64,000 nucleotides of DNA from an uncultured Actinomycetota bacterium (lineage in GTDB: Bacteria > Actinomycetota > Actinomycetes > Propionibacteriales > DAIQRJ01), in NCBI GenBank assembly GCA_963724495.1, contig CAVRUZ010000002.1, positions 463,425-527,424 on the forward strand, written 5' to 3'. The notes beneath the pieces are model-generated. The model was not told the DNA's origin. It did no database searches and saw nothing but the letters and a program-made list of their open reading frames with translations. Positions within the stretch are counted from its first letter, which is position 1; each line of letters opens with the position of its first letter. Positions 53,238 through 62,997 of this stretch are shown here, one piece after another. A program made the position numbers and the translations under genes.

Positions 53238-55024
53238 CCGCGGTGCGGGTGATCTGGCTGTCGATCGCCACCGCGTTCCGTGCCGACCCGATGCTCACGT
53301 CGTTGCTCTGCCTTTCCACTGCCGTCTCCGCGATCACGGCGCCGTTGGCGATTCTCGGCATCAGCCTCCTGGTGACGGCGGCGGCGGACGGCACTTCGCT
53401 CGTGCCGGGGCTCGCCCTGCTGAGCGGGTCGCTGGTCGGCTTCTCGATTGTCAACGGTCTTGCCTTCAACGCGGTCGACACGGTTGACGACAAGGTGTCG
53501 CGCTACGTGCACCACGACCTCATGCGCATGGCCTCGGAGGTACCCACGATCGCGCACCACGAGAACCCGGAACTCGCCGACCGGATGTCGATGCTCGAGC
53601 GCGACGCCCACCAGCTCGGTGGCGCCTATCGCATGCTCGCCATGGTCGGGGCGGTTGCGGGCACGGCAACGGTCGTCGGGCTGCTGTGGACGGTGCACCC
53701 GCTGATGTGCCTCCTTCTGGTGATCGCGCTGGTTCCGTCGGTGCTAGAGGGGCGCGGCGAGTCCGTCCGACATCAACTGTGGCTGGCCAACGAGCGGCAC
53801 CGACGGGTGGCCCACCGGCTCATGGAGGTGTTGTCGAATCCACGGAACGGCCTGGAGGTTCGCTGCTTCGGTCTCATAGCCCCGTTGGTCGAGGTGGCCG
53901 CATCGTCTCTCAGCCTGCGACAACGGCCGTGGATGGCAGCGACCCGGCGCTTCGCCCTGCTGACCGGGTTGTCGTGGGTGCTCTTCGGCGTTGCCTACGC
54001 CGCGTGCGTCGCCTGGACGTTGATGGAGTTTCGTGCCGACCGGACTGGGCTGGGCGCCATGACGCTCGTCCTGCTCGTCGGACCCCAGATCGTCACGACG
54101 GGTCAGACGATCAGCTCCAGCGTGCAAATGGTCGCCAGCAGCCTGAACACCTTCGGCCGCTACCAGTGGCTTCGCCGGTTCGCCGCCGCCAACTCCTGGT
54201 CGGAGAGCACGACGCAGCCGCCCGAACGGCTCCACGACGGCATCAGCCTCGAGCATGTCGACTTCGCCTACCCCACGACCGAGGAGGGAGAGCCCGCGTC
54301 GAGCCTGGTGTTGCGCGACGTCTCCTTGCGGCTGCCCGCGGGGAGGACGATCGCCTTCGTGGGGGAGAACGGCGCCGGCAAGTCGACGCTGGTCAAGTTG
54401 CTGGCCCGGATGTACGACCCGGTCGCGGGGCGAGTGCTCGTCGACGGCGTGCCGATGACCGACCTGGAACCCGTCGCGTGGCGGGCCAGAATCTCTGCCG
54501 GGTTCCAGGATTTCGCCAGCCTGGAGTTCGTCCTGCACGAGTCGGTGTCGGTCGGCGACCTGACTCGACAAGACGATCGGTCGCTGATTCGGAGGGCGGT
54601 GTCGGCGGGGCAGGCCGACTCGGTGGTGGCTTCCCTGGACGCGGGGTTGGACACCCAGCTCGGGTCCGGCTTCGAGGATGGAGTGGGGCTGTCCGGTGGG
54701 CAGTGGCAGCGCATCGCCCTGGCGAGGGCGTTCATGCGGGAACGCCCGCTGCTGATGTTGCTCGACGAACCGACGGCGGCTCTGGATCCTGAAGCAGAAC
54801 AGGCGATCTACCAGCAGTACGGCGATACGGCTCGCGCGCTGGCACGCGAGACCGGTGCCGTCACCGTGCTGGTCTCCCACCGGTTCTCCACCGTCCGCAT
54901 GGCTGACCTGATCGCCGTGGTCGCGGACGGTCGGATCGCCGAAGTGGGGTCACACACAGAGCTGATGCAGGCCGGCGGCTCGTACGCCCAGCTGTTCGAG
55001 CTGCAGGCCGGGGCCTACCGCTGA
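53234..55024 (+). CDS. ABC transporter permease/ATP-binding protein (partner half-transporter)
   Basis: ATG 53234 overlaps the upstream stop (ATGA). Walker A GENGAGKST, signature LSGGQWQR, Walker B LMLLDEPTA. Confidence 0.9.
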   Translation: MTAVRVIWLSIATAFRADPMLTSLLCLSTAVSAITAPLAILGISLLVTAAADGTSLVPGLALLSGSLVGFSIVNGLAFNAVDTVDDKVSRYVHHDLMRMASEVPTIAHHENPELADRMSMLERDAHQLGGAYRMLAMVGAVAGTATVVGLLWTVHPLMCLLLVIALVPSVLEGRGESVRHQLWLANERHRRVAHRLMEVLSNPRNGLEVRCFGLIAPLVEVAASSLSLRQRPWMAATRRFALLTGLSWVLFGVAYAACVAWTLMEFRADRTGLGAMTLVLLVGPQIVTTGQTISSSVQMVASSLNTFGRYQWLRRFAAANSWSESTTQPPERLHDGISLEHVDFAYPTTEEGEPASSLVLRDVSLRLPAGRTIAFVGENGAGKSTLVKLLARMYDPVAGRVLVDGVPMTDLEPVAWRARISAGFQDFASLEFVLHESVSVGDLTRQDDRSLIRRAVSAGQADSVVASLDAGLDTQLGSGFEDGVGLSGGQWQRIALARAFMRERPLLMLLDEPTAALDPEAEQAIYQQYGDTARALARETGAVTVLVSHRFSTVRMADLIAVVADGRIAEVGSHTELMQAGGSYAQLFELQAGAYR

Positions 55025-55064
55025 CCGCAGCCACAGCGCGAGCCTGCCGAGGCTCGGGGCGGCG

Positions 55065-55673
55065 TCACAGCAGCCAGCCGTTGGTCTCGGCGATCCGGAC
55101 GGCTTCGGCGCGGGTGGCGGCGCCGGTCTTGCCGATGGCCGCGGAGAGGTAGTTGCGGACCGTTCCCTCGGAGAGGAACAGCTCTCGCGCGAGCTGGCTC
55201 ACGGTGCCGCCGCCGCGGGCGGCCCTGAGTACCTCGGTCTCCCGCTCGGTGAGGGTGCTGGGGCCGGTGGCCAGCGTCTCGGCCGCCAGAGCGGGATCGA
55301 CGACCCGGAGCCCTGCGTGCACGCGGCGTACGGCATCGGCGAGCTCCCGGGCGGGAGTGTCCTTGACGACGAACCCACTCGCGCCGGCCGCCATCGCCCG
55401 GCGCAGATAGCCCGGGCGACCGAACGTCGTCACCATCAGCACCCTGACATCCGGCAGCTCGGCCCGCAGGGCAGTGGTGGCGGTGATGCCGTCGGCGCCC
55501 GGCATCTCGACGTCGAGCAGCGCAACATCCGGTCGGTGCTCGCGGGCGGCCGCGACCACCTCGTCACCTCTGCTGACCTGGGCCACCACCTCGAGGTCGT
55601 GCTCCAGCCCGAGCAGCGCTGCCAGCGCGCCGCGGACGAGCGCCTGGTCGTCGGCCAGCAGGACCCGGATCAT
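55065..55673 (-). CDS. NarL/LuxR-family response regulator
   Basis: Starts MIRVLLADDQALVRGAL...DVALLDVEMPGADG. C-terminal HTH is TERETEVLRAARGGGTVSQLARELFLSEGTVRNYLS. Confidence 0.92.
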   Translation of the reverse strand: MIRVLLADDQALVRGALAALLGLEHDLEVVAQVSRGDEVVAAAREHRPDVALLDVEMPGADGITATTALRAELPDVRVLMVTTFGRPGYLRRAMAAGASGFVVKDTPARELADAVRRVHAGLRVVDPALAAETLATGPSTLTERETEVLRAARGGGTVSQLARELFLSEGTVRNYLSAAIGKTGAATRAEAVRIAETNGWLL

Positions 55674-56946
55674 CTCGTCGCCTTGGCCGGGCCCGCGCCG
55701 GCTGCTGCGAGGCCGGATCGGCGCGCGCGTCCGGGGCTGCGCTGGACGCTGATGCGGACGCCGCAACCGGAAGCGGATGCTGCCTCGGTACTGGCTGCCA
55801 GTCCGCTGGCAGGTCAGCTCGCACCTCGAAGCCCTTCGTCAGCGTCGACGCCACCGTGAGCGACCCGCCGGCCTCGCTGATCCGGGCTCTGAGCCCTGTC
55901 AGTCCCTGCCCACACGGCTGGGCGTCAACGCTGTGGCCGCCGCCGTCGTCGGTCACGCTGATGGAGCGTTCGGTCACGCGGACCCAGCAGTTCGACGCGC
56001 CGGAATGCCTGACGACGTTGGTGACGCCTTCACGCAGCACCCAGCCGAACAACGTCGAGGCACCGTCGGCCACGTCGTCCACCGAACCGGGCAGGTGCGG
56101 CTCGATGCCGGCGGCGACGAGCGCCGATCGGGCGTGGACGAGCTCCCGGCTGAGGGTGACCTCCTTCGAGCCGGAGATCGTCGCGCGCACGTCGGCAAGG
56201 GCACTGCGGGCGAGGCGCTCGATGTCGGTCACCTCGGCAGCGACCCGGCCGGGTTCCCGGTCTGCGAGCAGCCTGGCCAGCTCGGCTTTCATCACGATCA
56301 CCGTGAGGGAGTGGCCGAGGATGTCGTGCAGGTCGCGGGCCATTCGCTCGCGCTCGTTGGCGATCGCGAGGTCGGTCATCTGCGCGCGGACGCGCTCCAG
56401 CTGGATGCTTCGCTCGCGTGCCCGCTGGCCGAGGAGCATCGCCGCAACAGCGAGCACCAGGCCGAGCAGGGTTCCGGAGACGTTGCTGCGGTCCTCTGGT
56501 CGCAGGACATAGGTGGTCACCGTCAGGGCGGCGGCGATCGTCACCACGGCCATCGCCAGGCGCATCGGCAGGACCGCGATGCTGGCGGCTGCGATGTAGA
56601 CCGCGAACACCAGGGCGTCCGCGTGCAGCGCCGGCACCGTCACGAGGCCGAGCAACCCGAGGACAACGATCACGAACAGGGCCGAGGCAATCCTCGGTCT
56701 TCTCTCCGAGTCGACCGATTCGCGGTAGGAACCACGGAAGCCGCGGCTGATCGTCACCAGGTAGAGGGTGGCGAACGCGAGCGTTGCCGCCACCGTGGAG
56801 ACGCCCACAACCGTCGTGACGTCCTGCAGACCCTGGACCAGGGGCTCGATGAGGAAGACGAGCCACACGCCGACGAGGAGGGTGGCCTGCCAGCGGGTGA
56901 ACAACCGCCGCCCGCCGGCAGGCACCTCGGTCTCGCTCGTGGCCAC
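55564..56946 (-). CDS. sensor histidine kinase (HisKA_3 / DesK-like)
   Basis: Multi-TM N-terminus, H-box ARDLHDILGHSL, ATPase region VLREGVTNVVRHS...DDGGG...GQGLTGLR. The 3' end is uncertain: the ORF runs 110 nt into the response-regulator gene with poor codon bias. Confidence 0.8.
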   Translation of the reverse strand: MATSETEVPAGGRRLFTRWQATLLVGVWLVFLIEPLVQGLQDVTTVVGVSTVAATLAFATLYLVTISRGFRGSYRESVDSERRPRIASALFVIVVLGLLGLVTVPALHADALVFAVYIAAASIAVLPMRLAMAVVTIAAALTVTTYVLRPEDRSNVSGTLLGLVLAVAAMLLGQRARERSIQLERVRAQMTDLAIANERERMARDLHDILGHSLTVIVMKAELARLLADREPGRVAAEVTDIERLARSALADVRATISGSKEVTLSRELVHARSALVAAGIEPHLPGSVDDVADGASTLFGWVLREGVTNVVRHSGASNCWVRVTERSISVTDDGGGHSVDAQPCGQGLTGLRARISEAGGSLTVASTLTKGFEVRADLPADWQPVPRQHPLPVAASASASSAAPDARADPASQQPARARPRRRDDPGPAGRRPGARPRRAGSAARAGARPRGGGPGQQR

Positions 56947-56966
56947 GTCGCCAGCCTAGGTCGGGA

Positions 56967-57824
56967 TCAGACGCGGGCGGTGTCGCGACGGAACCGCCAG
57001 GCGGCGCCGGCGACGAACACCACGGTCCAGGCGAGCACGTTGACGATGGCACCCAGTCCCAGATCGCCTGTGAGCGGCGCGTGGGTGATCGCTCCGACGC
57101 CGTACATCGGAGTGAACCTCGCGATCGTGGCGAACGTGTGTCCCATCGAGTCGAGCGGCACGAACAGTCCGCCCAGGAAGGCCATCAGGGCGAGCGCGGG
57201 CCCGAGAATCTGCATCGCGTTCTGGCTGGGGAGCAGGTATCCCATGAACAGGCCGAAGGCCGCGAACACGATCGAGCAGATCCAGCACAGCGCTGCTGCG
57301 AGGAGCCAGCGGCCCAGGGGTAGGTCCGCGCCGAAGACCTCGCCGACGATGTTGGTCACCAGCACCGATGCCAGGCCGGTCGCCATGGCCGCGATGGCCT
57401 TGAGCGAGATGTAGGAGATGGGGTGCAGGGGAGTCAGCCGCAACTGGCGGCTCCAGCCGGCCGCGCGCTCGATCGAGACCGCCGCCCCGCCGGACGTCAC
57501 CGCGATCATCGCGCCGTAGGCCGCCATGCTGATGAGGATGTAGGCCGTGACGTTGCCATGGCCAGCCGACTGCGTGCGGTAGCTGTCGGCCGACCCGAAC
57601 ATCACGAAGAACAGCGGCGGCATCAGGATCGTGAAGATGATCGAGCGCTTGTTGCGTAGAACCCGCTTCAACTCGATGCCGAGGAGGGTCGTGTTGAAGC
57701 CGCCGAACGGCGGGGCGGTCCGGCGTTGCAGTTCGCCGGCCACCGAAACGCGAAGGGCCTCGGTGCGTCTGGCCGAAGCCGAGGTGGGCGCGTAGGGCAC
57801 AGCGGTGGAGGTCGTGGTGCTCAT
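56967..57824 (-). CDS. ABC-2 type transporter permease
   Basis: 285 aa, six predicted TM helices. The start overlaps the upstream ATPase stop. Confidence 0.8.
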   Translation of the reverse strand: MSTTTSTAVPYAPTSASARRTEALRVSVAGELQRRTAPPFGGFNTTLLGIELKRVLRNKRSIIFTILMPPLFFVMFGSADSYRTQSAGHGNVTAYILISMAAYGAMIAVTSGGAAVSIERAAGWSRQLRLTPLHPISYISLKAIAAMATGLASVLVTNIVGEVFGADLPLGRWLLAAALCWICSIVFAAFGLFMGYLLPSQNAMQILGPALALMAFLGGLFVPLDSMGHTFATIARFTPMYGVGAITHAPLTGDLGLGAIVNVLAWTVVFVAGAAWRFRRDTARV

Positions 57825-58879
57825 GGGCTACTTCCTGTCCAGGGAATCATCAATGAGGTAAGGGATTTCCGTGGCGTCGGCGTCGGCGTCGCTGAGGTGA
57901 GGTCGAGGAACGCCTGCTCGAGGTTGCGCGAGGTGATCTCGAGGTCGCGGGCGTCGGTCTCGGTCAACAGCCACCGCGCCACGGCATCGGAGTCGTCGGA
58001 GTGCACCAGTACCGAGTCGCCGCGCACCTCGACCGAGTCGACCTGGGGGAGGGCGGCCAGGCGGGCCGCGTCGGCATCGACCAGCGTGGCCCGCACGGTC
58101 CGGCCGGACGCGAGGTTCTTGATCTGCGCGGACGTCCCGTCGGCGACGATCCGGCCGCGCTGCATCAGCACGATCCGGTCGGCGTACTCGTCGGCCTCCT
58201 CCAGGTAGTGGGTGGCGAAGAGAATCGTCCGGCCCCGCTCGGCATCCCGCCGGATCGACGTCCAGAACGCCCGCCTGCCCTCCACGTCCATTCCGGTGGT
58301 CGGCTCGTCCAGGACCACCAGCATCGGGTCGGAGACCAGCGCCATCGCGAACCGCAGTCGCTGCTGCTGACCGCCCGAGCACTTGGTCACCCGTCGGTTC
58401 CCGATCTCGGAGATCCCGGCGCGGGCCATCACCGAGTCGATGTCGGCGTGCGCCGCGAACACACTGGCGGTCAGCCGCACGGTCTCGCGCACCGTGAGAT
58501 CCGGGAGCAGCCCGCCGTTCTGCATCACCGCGGAGACGAGCCCGTGGCTGATCGCCAGTTCGGGGGCCAGGCCGAACACGTGCGCCGACCCGGAGTCGGG
58601 ACGACTGAGTCCGAGCACCATGTCGATCGTGCTGGTCTTGCCCGCTCCGTTGGGGCCGAGGAACGCCACCACTTCGCCGGGAGCGATCGTGAGGTCGAGG
58701 TTGTCGACGGCACGCACGGAACCGAAGCTCTTGGACACTCCGGCGAGGCGGATGGCGTCTATCGGCGGGGCCGCGCCGTGGCCGGTGGCCGTCGCGGTGT
58801 CGGACGCAGATGTTTGCGGGAAGGCGTCCTGCCGGGATGTGCCGGGAGCAGTGGACGCGTCGAGGGAGGTCGCTGTCAT
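57821..58879 (-). CDS. ABC transporter ATP-binding protein
   Basis: Walker A GPNGAGKTS, signature CSGGQQQR, Walker [14 protein letters not shown] 58879 is preferred. The track ORF starts at 58945. Confidence 0.88.
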   Translation of the reverse strand: MTATSLDASTAPGTSRQDAFPQTSASDTATATGHGAAPPIDAIRLAGVSKSFGSVRAVDNLDLTIAPGEVVAFLGPNGAGKTSTIDMVLGLSRPDSGSAHVFGLAPELAISHGLVSAVMQNGGLLPDLTVRETVRLTASVFAAHADIDSVMARAGISEIGNRRVTKCSGGQQQRLRFAMALVSDPMLVVLDEPTTGMDVEGRRAFWTSIRRDAERGRTILFATHYLEEADEYADRIVLMQRGRIVADGTSAQIKNLASGRTVRATLVDADAARLAALPQVDSVEVRGDSVLVHSDDSDAVARWLLTETDARDLEITSRNLEQAFLDLTSATPTPTPRKSLTSLMIPWTGSSP

Positions 58880-58984
58880 GCCAAGCAGCGTGTCCTGACG
58901 AAGCCGATCGCGCCGCTGTGCCTCGTCACCTTCGCGGGCTGACATCTGTCACGTTCGCGCAGCAGCTGCGAAGAGGCTCGCGCC

Positions 58985-59060
58985 AGACATGCAGCCGCAC
59001 TGTTCGCGCGCCGCGGATAGCCGCACATGTCCGGATCTGCGGCCTTGGCCGTGCATGTTT
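58985..59060 (+). repeat. solo copy of the ~75-nt palindromic element
   Basis: AGACATGCAGCCGC...CCGCACATGTCCGGATCTGCGG...CCGTGCATGTTT. It lies between the MMPL stop (59088) and the ABC ATPase start. Confidence 0.8.
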
Positions 59061-59087
59061 GGCGCGTATCGAGGCCGGCGGGTGCGG

Positions 59088-61358
59088 CTAGTGCTGCAAC
59101 CCCAGGCGTGCCTGCAGGCGCAACAACGGGGCAGGTGCCCACCAGTTCAACCGGCCGAGCAGCGTCATCGTCGCGGGCACGAGCAGCATCCGCACCAGCG
59201 TGGCATCGATGAAGACCGCAACGGCCAGCGCGACGCCGGTCTGCTTCACGACCAGCAGCTCGCCGAAGATGAAGCCGGAGAACACGATCACGACCAGCGC
59301 CGCTGCGCAGGTGATGATGCGACCGGTGTTCTGCAGGCCGTGCCGCACAGCTGCGTTCGTCGTCTCGCCGGCGCGGTGGTGGTCGAGTATCCGGGCGAGC
59401 AGGAACACCTCGTAGTCCATCGACAACCCGAACCCGAACGCGAGCATCAGCACCGGGACGGTCGACTCGACGCCGCCGGCAGGCGTGTAGTCCAGCAGGC
59501 GGGTGAGGTGGCCGCCGGTGAAGATCCAGGACACGATGCCGAGGCTGGCTCCCAGGGACAGCGCGTTCATCAGCAGTGCCTTGATCGGGATCAGTAGCGA
59601 GCCGGTCATGGCGAACAGCAACACGCCGGTCGCGACGACCACCAGGCCGAGCGCGAGCGGTGCACGGTCGACCATGGCTTGGGTGAAGTCAGCCAGCAGG
59701 GCGGCCGGGCCGGTGACCAGGCCGTCCTGTCCGTCGGGCGGGTTGTCGCGGAGCTCCTGTACGAGTTCGCGCGACTGGTCGGAGAGCGGGTCCCCGCCAG
59801 ACCGTAGGGAGACGAGCTGGAACGGCGGGTTGCCGTCCGCAGCCTCGAACGCGCGTACCGGGTCGACGCCGGTGACCTGATCGAGCTCGCCGGCAGCTTG
59901 TGCGTAGCTCGCTGCCTCCGCGCTGGTGGCATCAGGGAGGACGACCTGCACGTCGGAAGCGCCGGCGAGGGGGAATCGGTCGTCGATCTCCTCGATCACC
60001 TGCCGGACCGGGTCGTCTGCCGGGAGCAGCCCGACGCCGGAGGCGGTCAGCCGGAAGTTCGTCAGCGGCAGGCACAGGGTCAGCAGCACGAGCGTGACCG
60101 CCACGACCCAGAGCAGGGGGCGACGCTGCACGAGGGCGCCAAGCCGCGAGAACACACCGTGTGGTGGAGCGATGTCACCCACCCGCCGCAGCACGTGGCG
60201 CAGTCCGGGAACGCGGTACAACGACCCCGGTCTGACCAGCCGCTGACCGAACAGCGCGAGCATCACCGGCGTGGCGAAGATCGCTACGAGCATCGCCACG
60301 ATCACGACGCTGATGGAGGCGGCGCCGATCGCCCGCAGGATCGATGCTTCGAACACCAGCATGCCGCCGACGGAGATCGTGACCGTGATCCCGGAGAACA
60401 GCACCGTCCGCCCGGCGGTGGCCACGGTTCGGCCGATGGCGGCGATCAGCTGTTCGCGGTCGGGCGAGGCTCCCGCAGGCAGATCCCGTCGGACCTCCTC
60501 GCGGAACCTGCTGACCATCAGCAGGCCGTAGTCGATGCACAGGCCGAGGCCGAGAACCGACACCACGTTGACGACTGTCGCGTCGAGGTCGAGGAAGGTG
60601 GAGAACACGAACAGTGAGGCAAGGGCACCGGCTATCGAGGCGATGGCGCCCACGATCGGCATGCCCGCCGCGATGAACCCGCCGAACACCAGGGCCATCA
60701 CCAGCAGGCTGACCGGAAGCGCGATCCCCTCGCCGGTTCGCAGGTCCTTCTCGATCTGTCCGGTGATGGCTTCGACCAGCAGGTCGACACTCGTGATCCC
60801 GGCGGTGCTGCCGGGTACGTCGTCCGCGATGGCGAGCAGGTCGTCCTCCACGGCAAGGCGAGCGGCCTCGCCCTCCTCTTCGCCGAGGTCGGGCTTGAGC
60901 GTCACCGAGACCAGCAGAGCGTTGCCGTCGGAGGCGATCAGAGCCTTGCCGGCCTCGCCGTCGTAGGGGGTGCCGACCTGGAGGACGTCGGGATCACTCC
61001 GGAGGTCCTTCGCCGAGGCCTGGACCGCAGTCCGGGTGGCGGTTGCGGAGGGGTCGACATGGTCCAGCAGGAGCGTGGTCGTTCCGCCCGTGCCTTCGGC
61101 GTCGTTGATCATGTTCAGGGCCTGGACTGCCTCGCCGGACACTTGGGGCGCGCCGGAGGTCAATCTCTCGAACAGGGAACCGGTGCCGAAGGCTCCCGCG
61201 GCGAGGGCGAAGGCGAGCAGCACTGCCGCCACCCAGACCGCACCCACGATGCGGGCGTTGCGGGCGCAGAACCGGCCGGCGGAGTCGAGTCTCGACAGCC
61301 GCTGCCGGCGGTGGGCGCCGGGCACCCGGGCAGGGGCAGTCTGGGTCGAAGTTGACAT
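59088..61358 (-). CDS. MMPL family transporter
   Basis: 756 aa. Two 6-TM RND-like bundles separated by periplasmic domains, which is typical MMPL architecture. Confidence 0.85.
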   Translation of the reverse strand: MSTSTQTAPARVPGAHRRQRLSRLDSAGRFCARNARIVGAVWVAAVLLAFALAAGAFGTGSLFERLTSGAPQVSGEAVQALNMINDAEGTGGTTTLLLDHVDPSATATRTAVQASAKDLRSDPDVLQVGTPYDGEAGKALIASDGNALLVSVTLKPDLGEEEGEAARLAVEDDLLAIADDVPGSTAGITSVDLLVEAITGQIEKDLRTGEGIALPVSLLVMALVFGGFIAAGMPIVGAIASIAGALASLFVFSTFLDLDATVVNVVSVLGLGLCIDYGLLMVSRFREEVRRDLPAGASPDREQLIAAIGRTVATAGRTVLFSGITVTISVGGMLVFEASILRAIGAASISVVIVAMLVAIFATPVMLALFGQRLVRPGSLYRVPGLRHVLRRVGDIAPPHGVFSRLGALVQRRPLLWVVAVTLVLLTLCLPLTNFRLTASGVGLLPADDPVRQVIEEIDDRFPLAGASDVQVVLPDATSAEAASYAQAAGELDQVTGVDPVRAFEAADGNPPFQLVSLRSGGDPLSDQSRELVQELRDNPPDGQDGLVTGPAALLADFTQAMVDRAPLALGLVVVATGVLLFAMTGSLLIPIKALLMNALSLGASLGIVSWIFTGGHLTRLLDYTPAGGVESTVPVLMLAFGFGLSMDYEVFLLARILDHHRAGETTNAAVRHGLQNTGRIITCAAALVVIVFSGFIFGELLVVKQTGVALAVAVFIDATLVRMLLVPATMTLLGRLNWWAPAPLLRLQARLGLQH

Positions 61359-61369
61359 GGGACGGCGGC

Positions 61370-62327
61370 TCAGGCCGGTTGCTCGAGGAACGCGTACGTC
61401 GACAAGACGAGTCGCGTGGTGACGGCAGCCACGAGCGCGGCGCCGAGGAGATGGAGACCCACGAGGGCGATCGGCAGCGACGTCGCGTACTGGACGGCGC
61501 CGATCAGTCCCTGCGCCAGTTGGACAGCGAGGGTGATGACCGACCAGCGACGCAGCTCGGCGTCCCCGATGGCGAACGCAGCGGCCACCGTCCCAATCGA
61601 CAGCCCCACCAGAAGGCAGACGAGGTCGGCGTGCAGCTGACTGGTGGCCAGCGGGCTCAAGCCGTTACGCGCCGCACCGGAGTCGCCGGCATGCGGGCCG
61701 CTGCCAGTGACGACGGTGCCGGTGGCCAGCACGGCCACGGTCAGAACGGCCACACCGCCGACCAGCCAGGAGATCGAGCGGGGGAGCGCCCGGCGCCCGA
61801 GGGACCGCCCTCGACGGACCCGGTTCAGGAAGACCACGCAGAGCGCGATGAGCGCGGGCGACAACAGGAAGTGCAGGCTCACCACCCACGGGTTGAGCCC
61901 AGTCAGGACGGTGATGCCGCCCATGACCGCCTGGGCCGGCACGGAGAGCGCGACGAAGAAGGCGAGAACGGCCACGCCGCGATCCCGCCGCCACCGGGTC
62001 AGTGCGAGCGCGAAGTTCACGACCACGATCGAGAGCCAGGAGCACACCGATCAGCCGGTTGCCGAACTCGATCGCACCGTGCAGGCCGAGATCGGGGTGC
62101 GACACCAGGGACGTCTCGGTGCACCGCGGCCAGGTGGGGCACCCGAGCCCCGAACCGGTGAGCCGCACGGCGCCACCGGTGACCACGATGGCGATGTTGC
62201 CGACGAGGCTCGCCCAGGCGGTGACCCGCAGGGCGGCGCCCGGCGCCCTCTCCATGAGATCCGGTAGGTCCGGCGGCGTGCCGACGGTCAGGCCACCGCC
62301 GGTCGGCGGGATAGGGGAGGCCGGCAT
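61370..62327 (-). pseudogene. ctaA: heme A synthase (COX15/CtaA), interrupted by a +1 insertion
   Basis: The N-part has VRLTGSGLGCPTWPRC and reads to ...AIEFGNRLIGVLLA in ORF 61665..62564. The C-part LSIVVVNFALALTRW...GGITVLTGLNPWVVSLHFL...GSGPHAGD is in ORF 61370..62047. The span is 958 nt = 3n+1. Confidence 0.8.
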
Positions 62328-62328
62328 G

Positions 62329-62886
62329 TCAGCCGAGCACTTGGGCGAGCGTCGGCGCGCTCCGGTCCTTGTGGGAGAGGCGGGAGAGGTCGGCGGGGTC
62401 GATCTCGAGGGGCCACCGGATGCCCAGTGCAGGATCCAGGGGTGACACCGCGAGCCCCGCACCCGGGACCCACTCGCTGGTGAAGCAGTAGACGTACTGG
62501 GTGGGGCTGGGTGAGGTCGACTGGAAGCCGTTGCACACACCTTCCGGAACCAGAACCTGGTCACCCGGCTGGAGGACCTGCTGCACGACGGCTCCTCGCG
62601 TCGGCGAGTCGGCCCGCGTGTCGATCCAGGCGCCGTAGGCGGTGCCGTGGGCGATGGCGACGACCTTGGTCATCGGCTCGGCATGCATCCCGCGGATCGC
62701 GCCAGGCACGGTCTCGGTCACGTTGATCTGCTGGAAGGGCGGCAACTCGATTCCCACCCCGGCGAACGCAGATGCCCGGAAGAACTCGCGGACGGCCCCT
62801 CGGTCCTCGATCACCTGCTTCATCCGGATCAGTCGGAGGCCGGGGATCTCCGTGCCGGACGCGTCGAACTCGATGATCTGGAACAC
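62329..62886 (-). CDS. rmlC: dTDP-4-dehydrorhamnose 3,5-epimerase
   Basis: 185 aa cupin. Contains GAIRGMHAEP...VLVPEGVCNGFQS...YCFTSEW. Confidence 0.85.
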   Translation of the reverse strand: MFQIIEFDASGTEIPGLRLIRMKQVIEDRGAVREFFRASAFAGVGIELPPFQQINVTETVPGAIRGMHAEPMTKVVAIAHGTAYGAWIDTRADSPTRGAVVQQVLQPGDQVLVPEGVCNGFQSTSPSPTQYVYCFTSEWVPGAGLAVSPLDPALGIRWPLEIDPADLSRLSHKDRSAPTLAQVLG

Positions 62887-62997
62887 CGGGCAACGGTACC
62901 GAGGGCGAGCCGTAGGTTGGTCGCCGATCTCCGGCGCGCCCTGCCGACACGCCGCCGCTGTGGGGCACCGATCGGAGGTTGCAGGTTAGGCAAGCCT

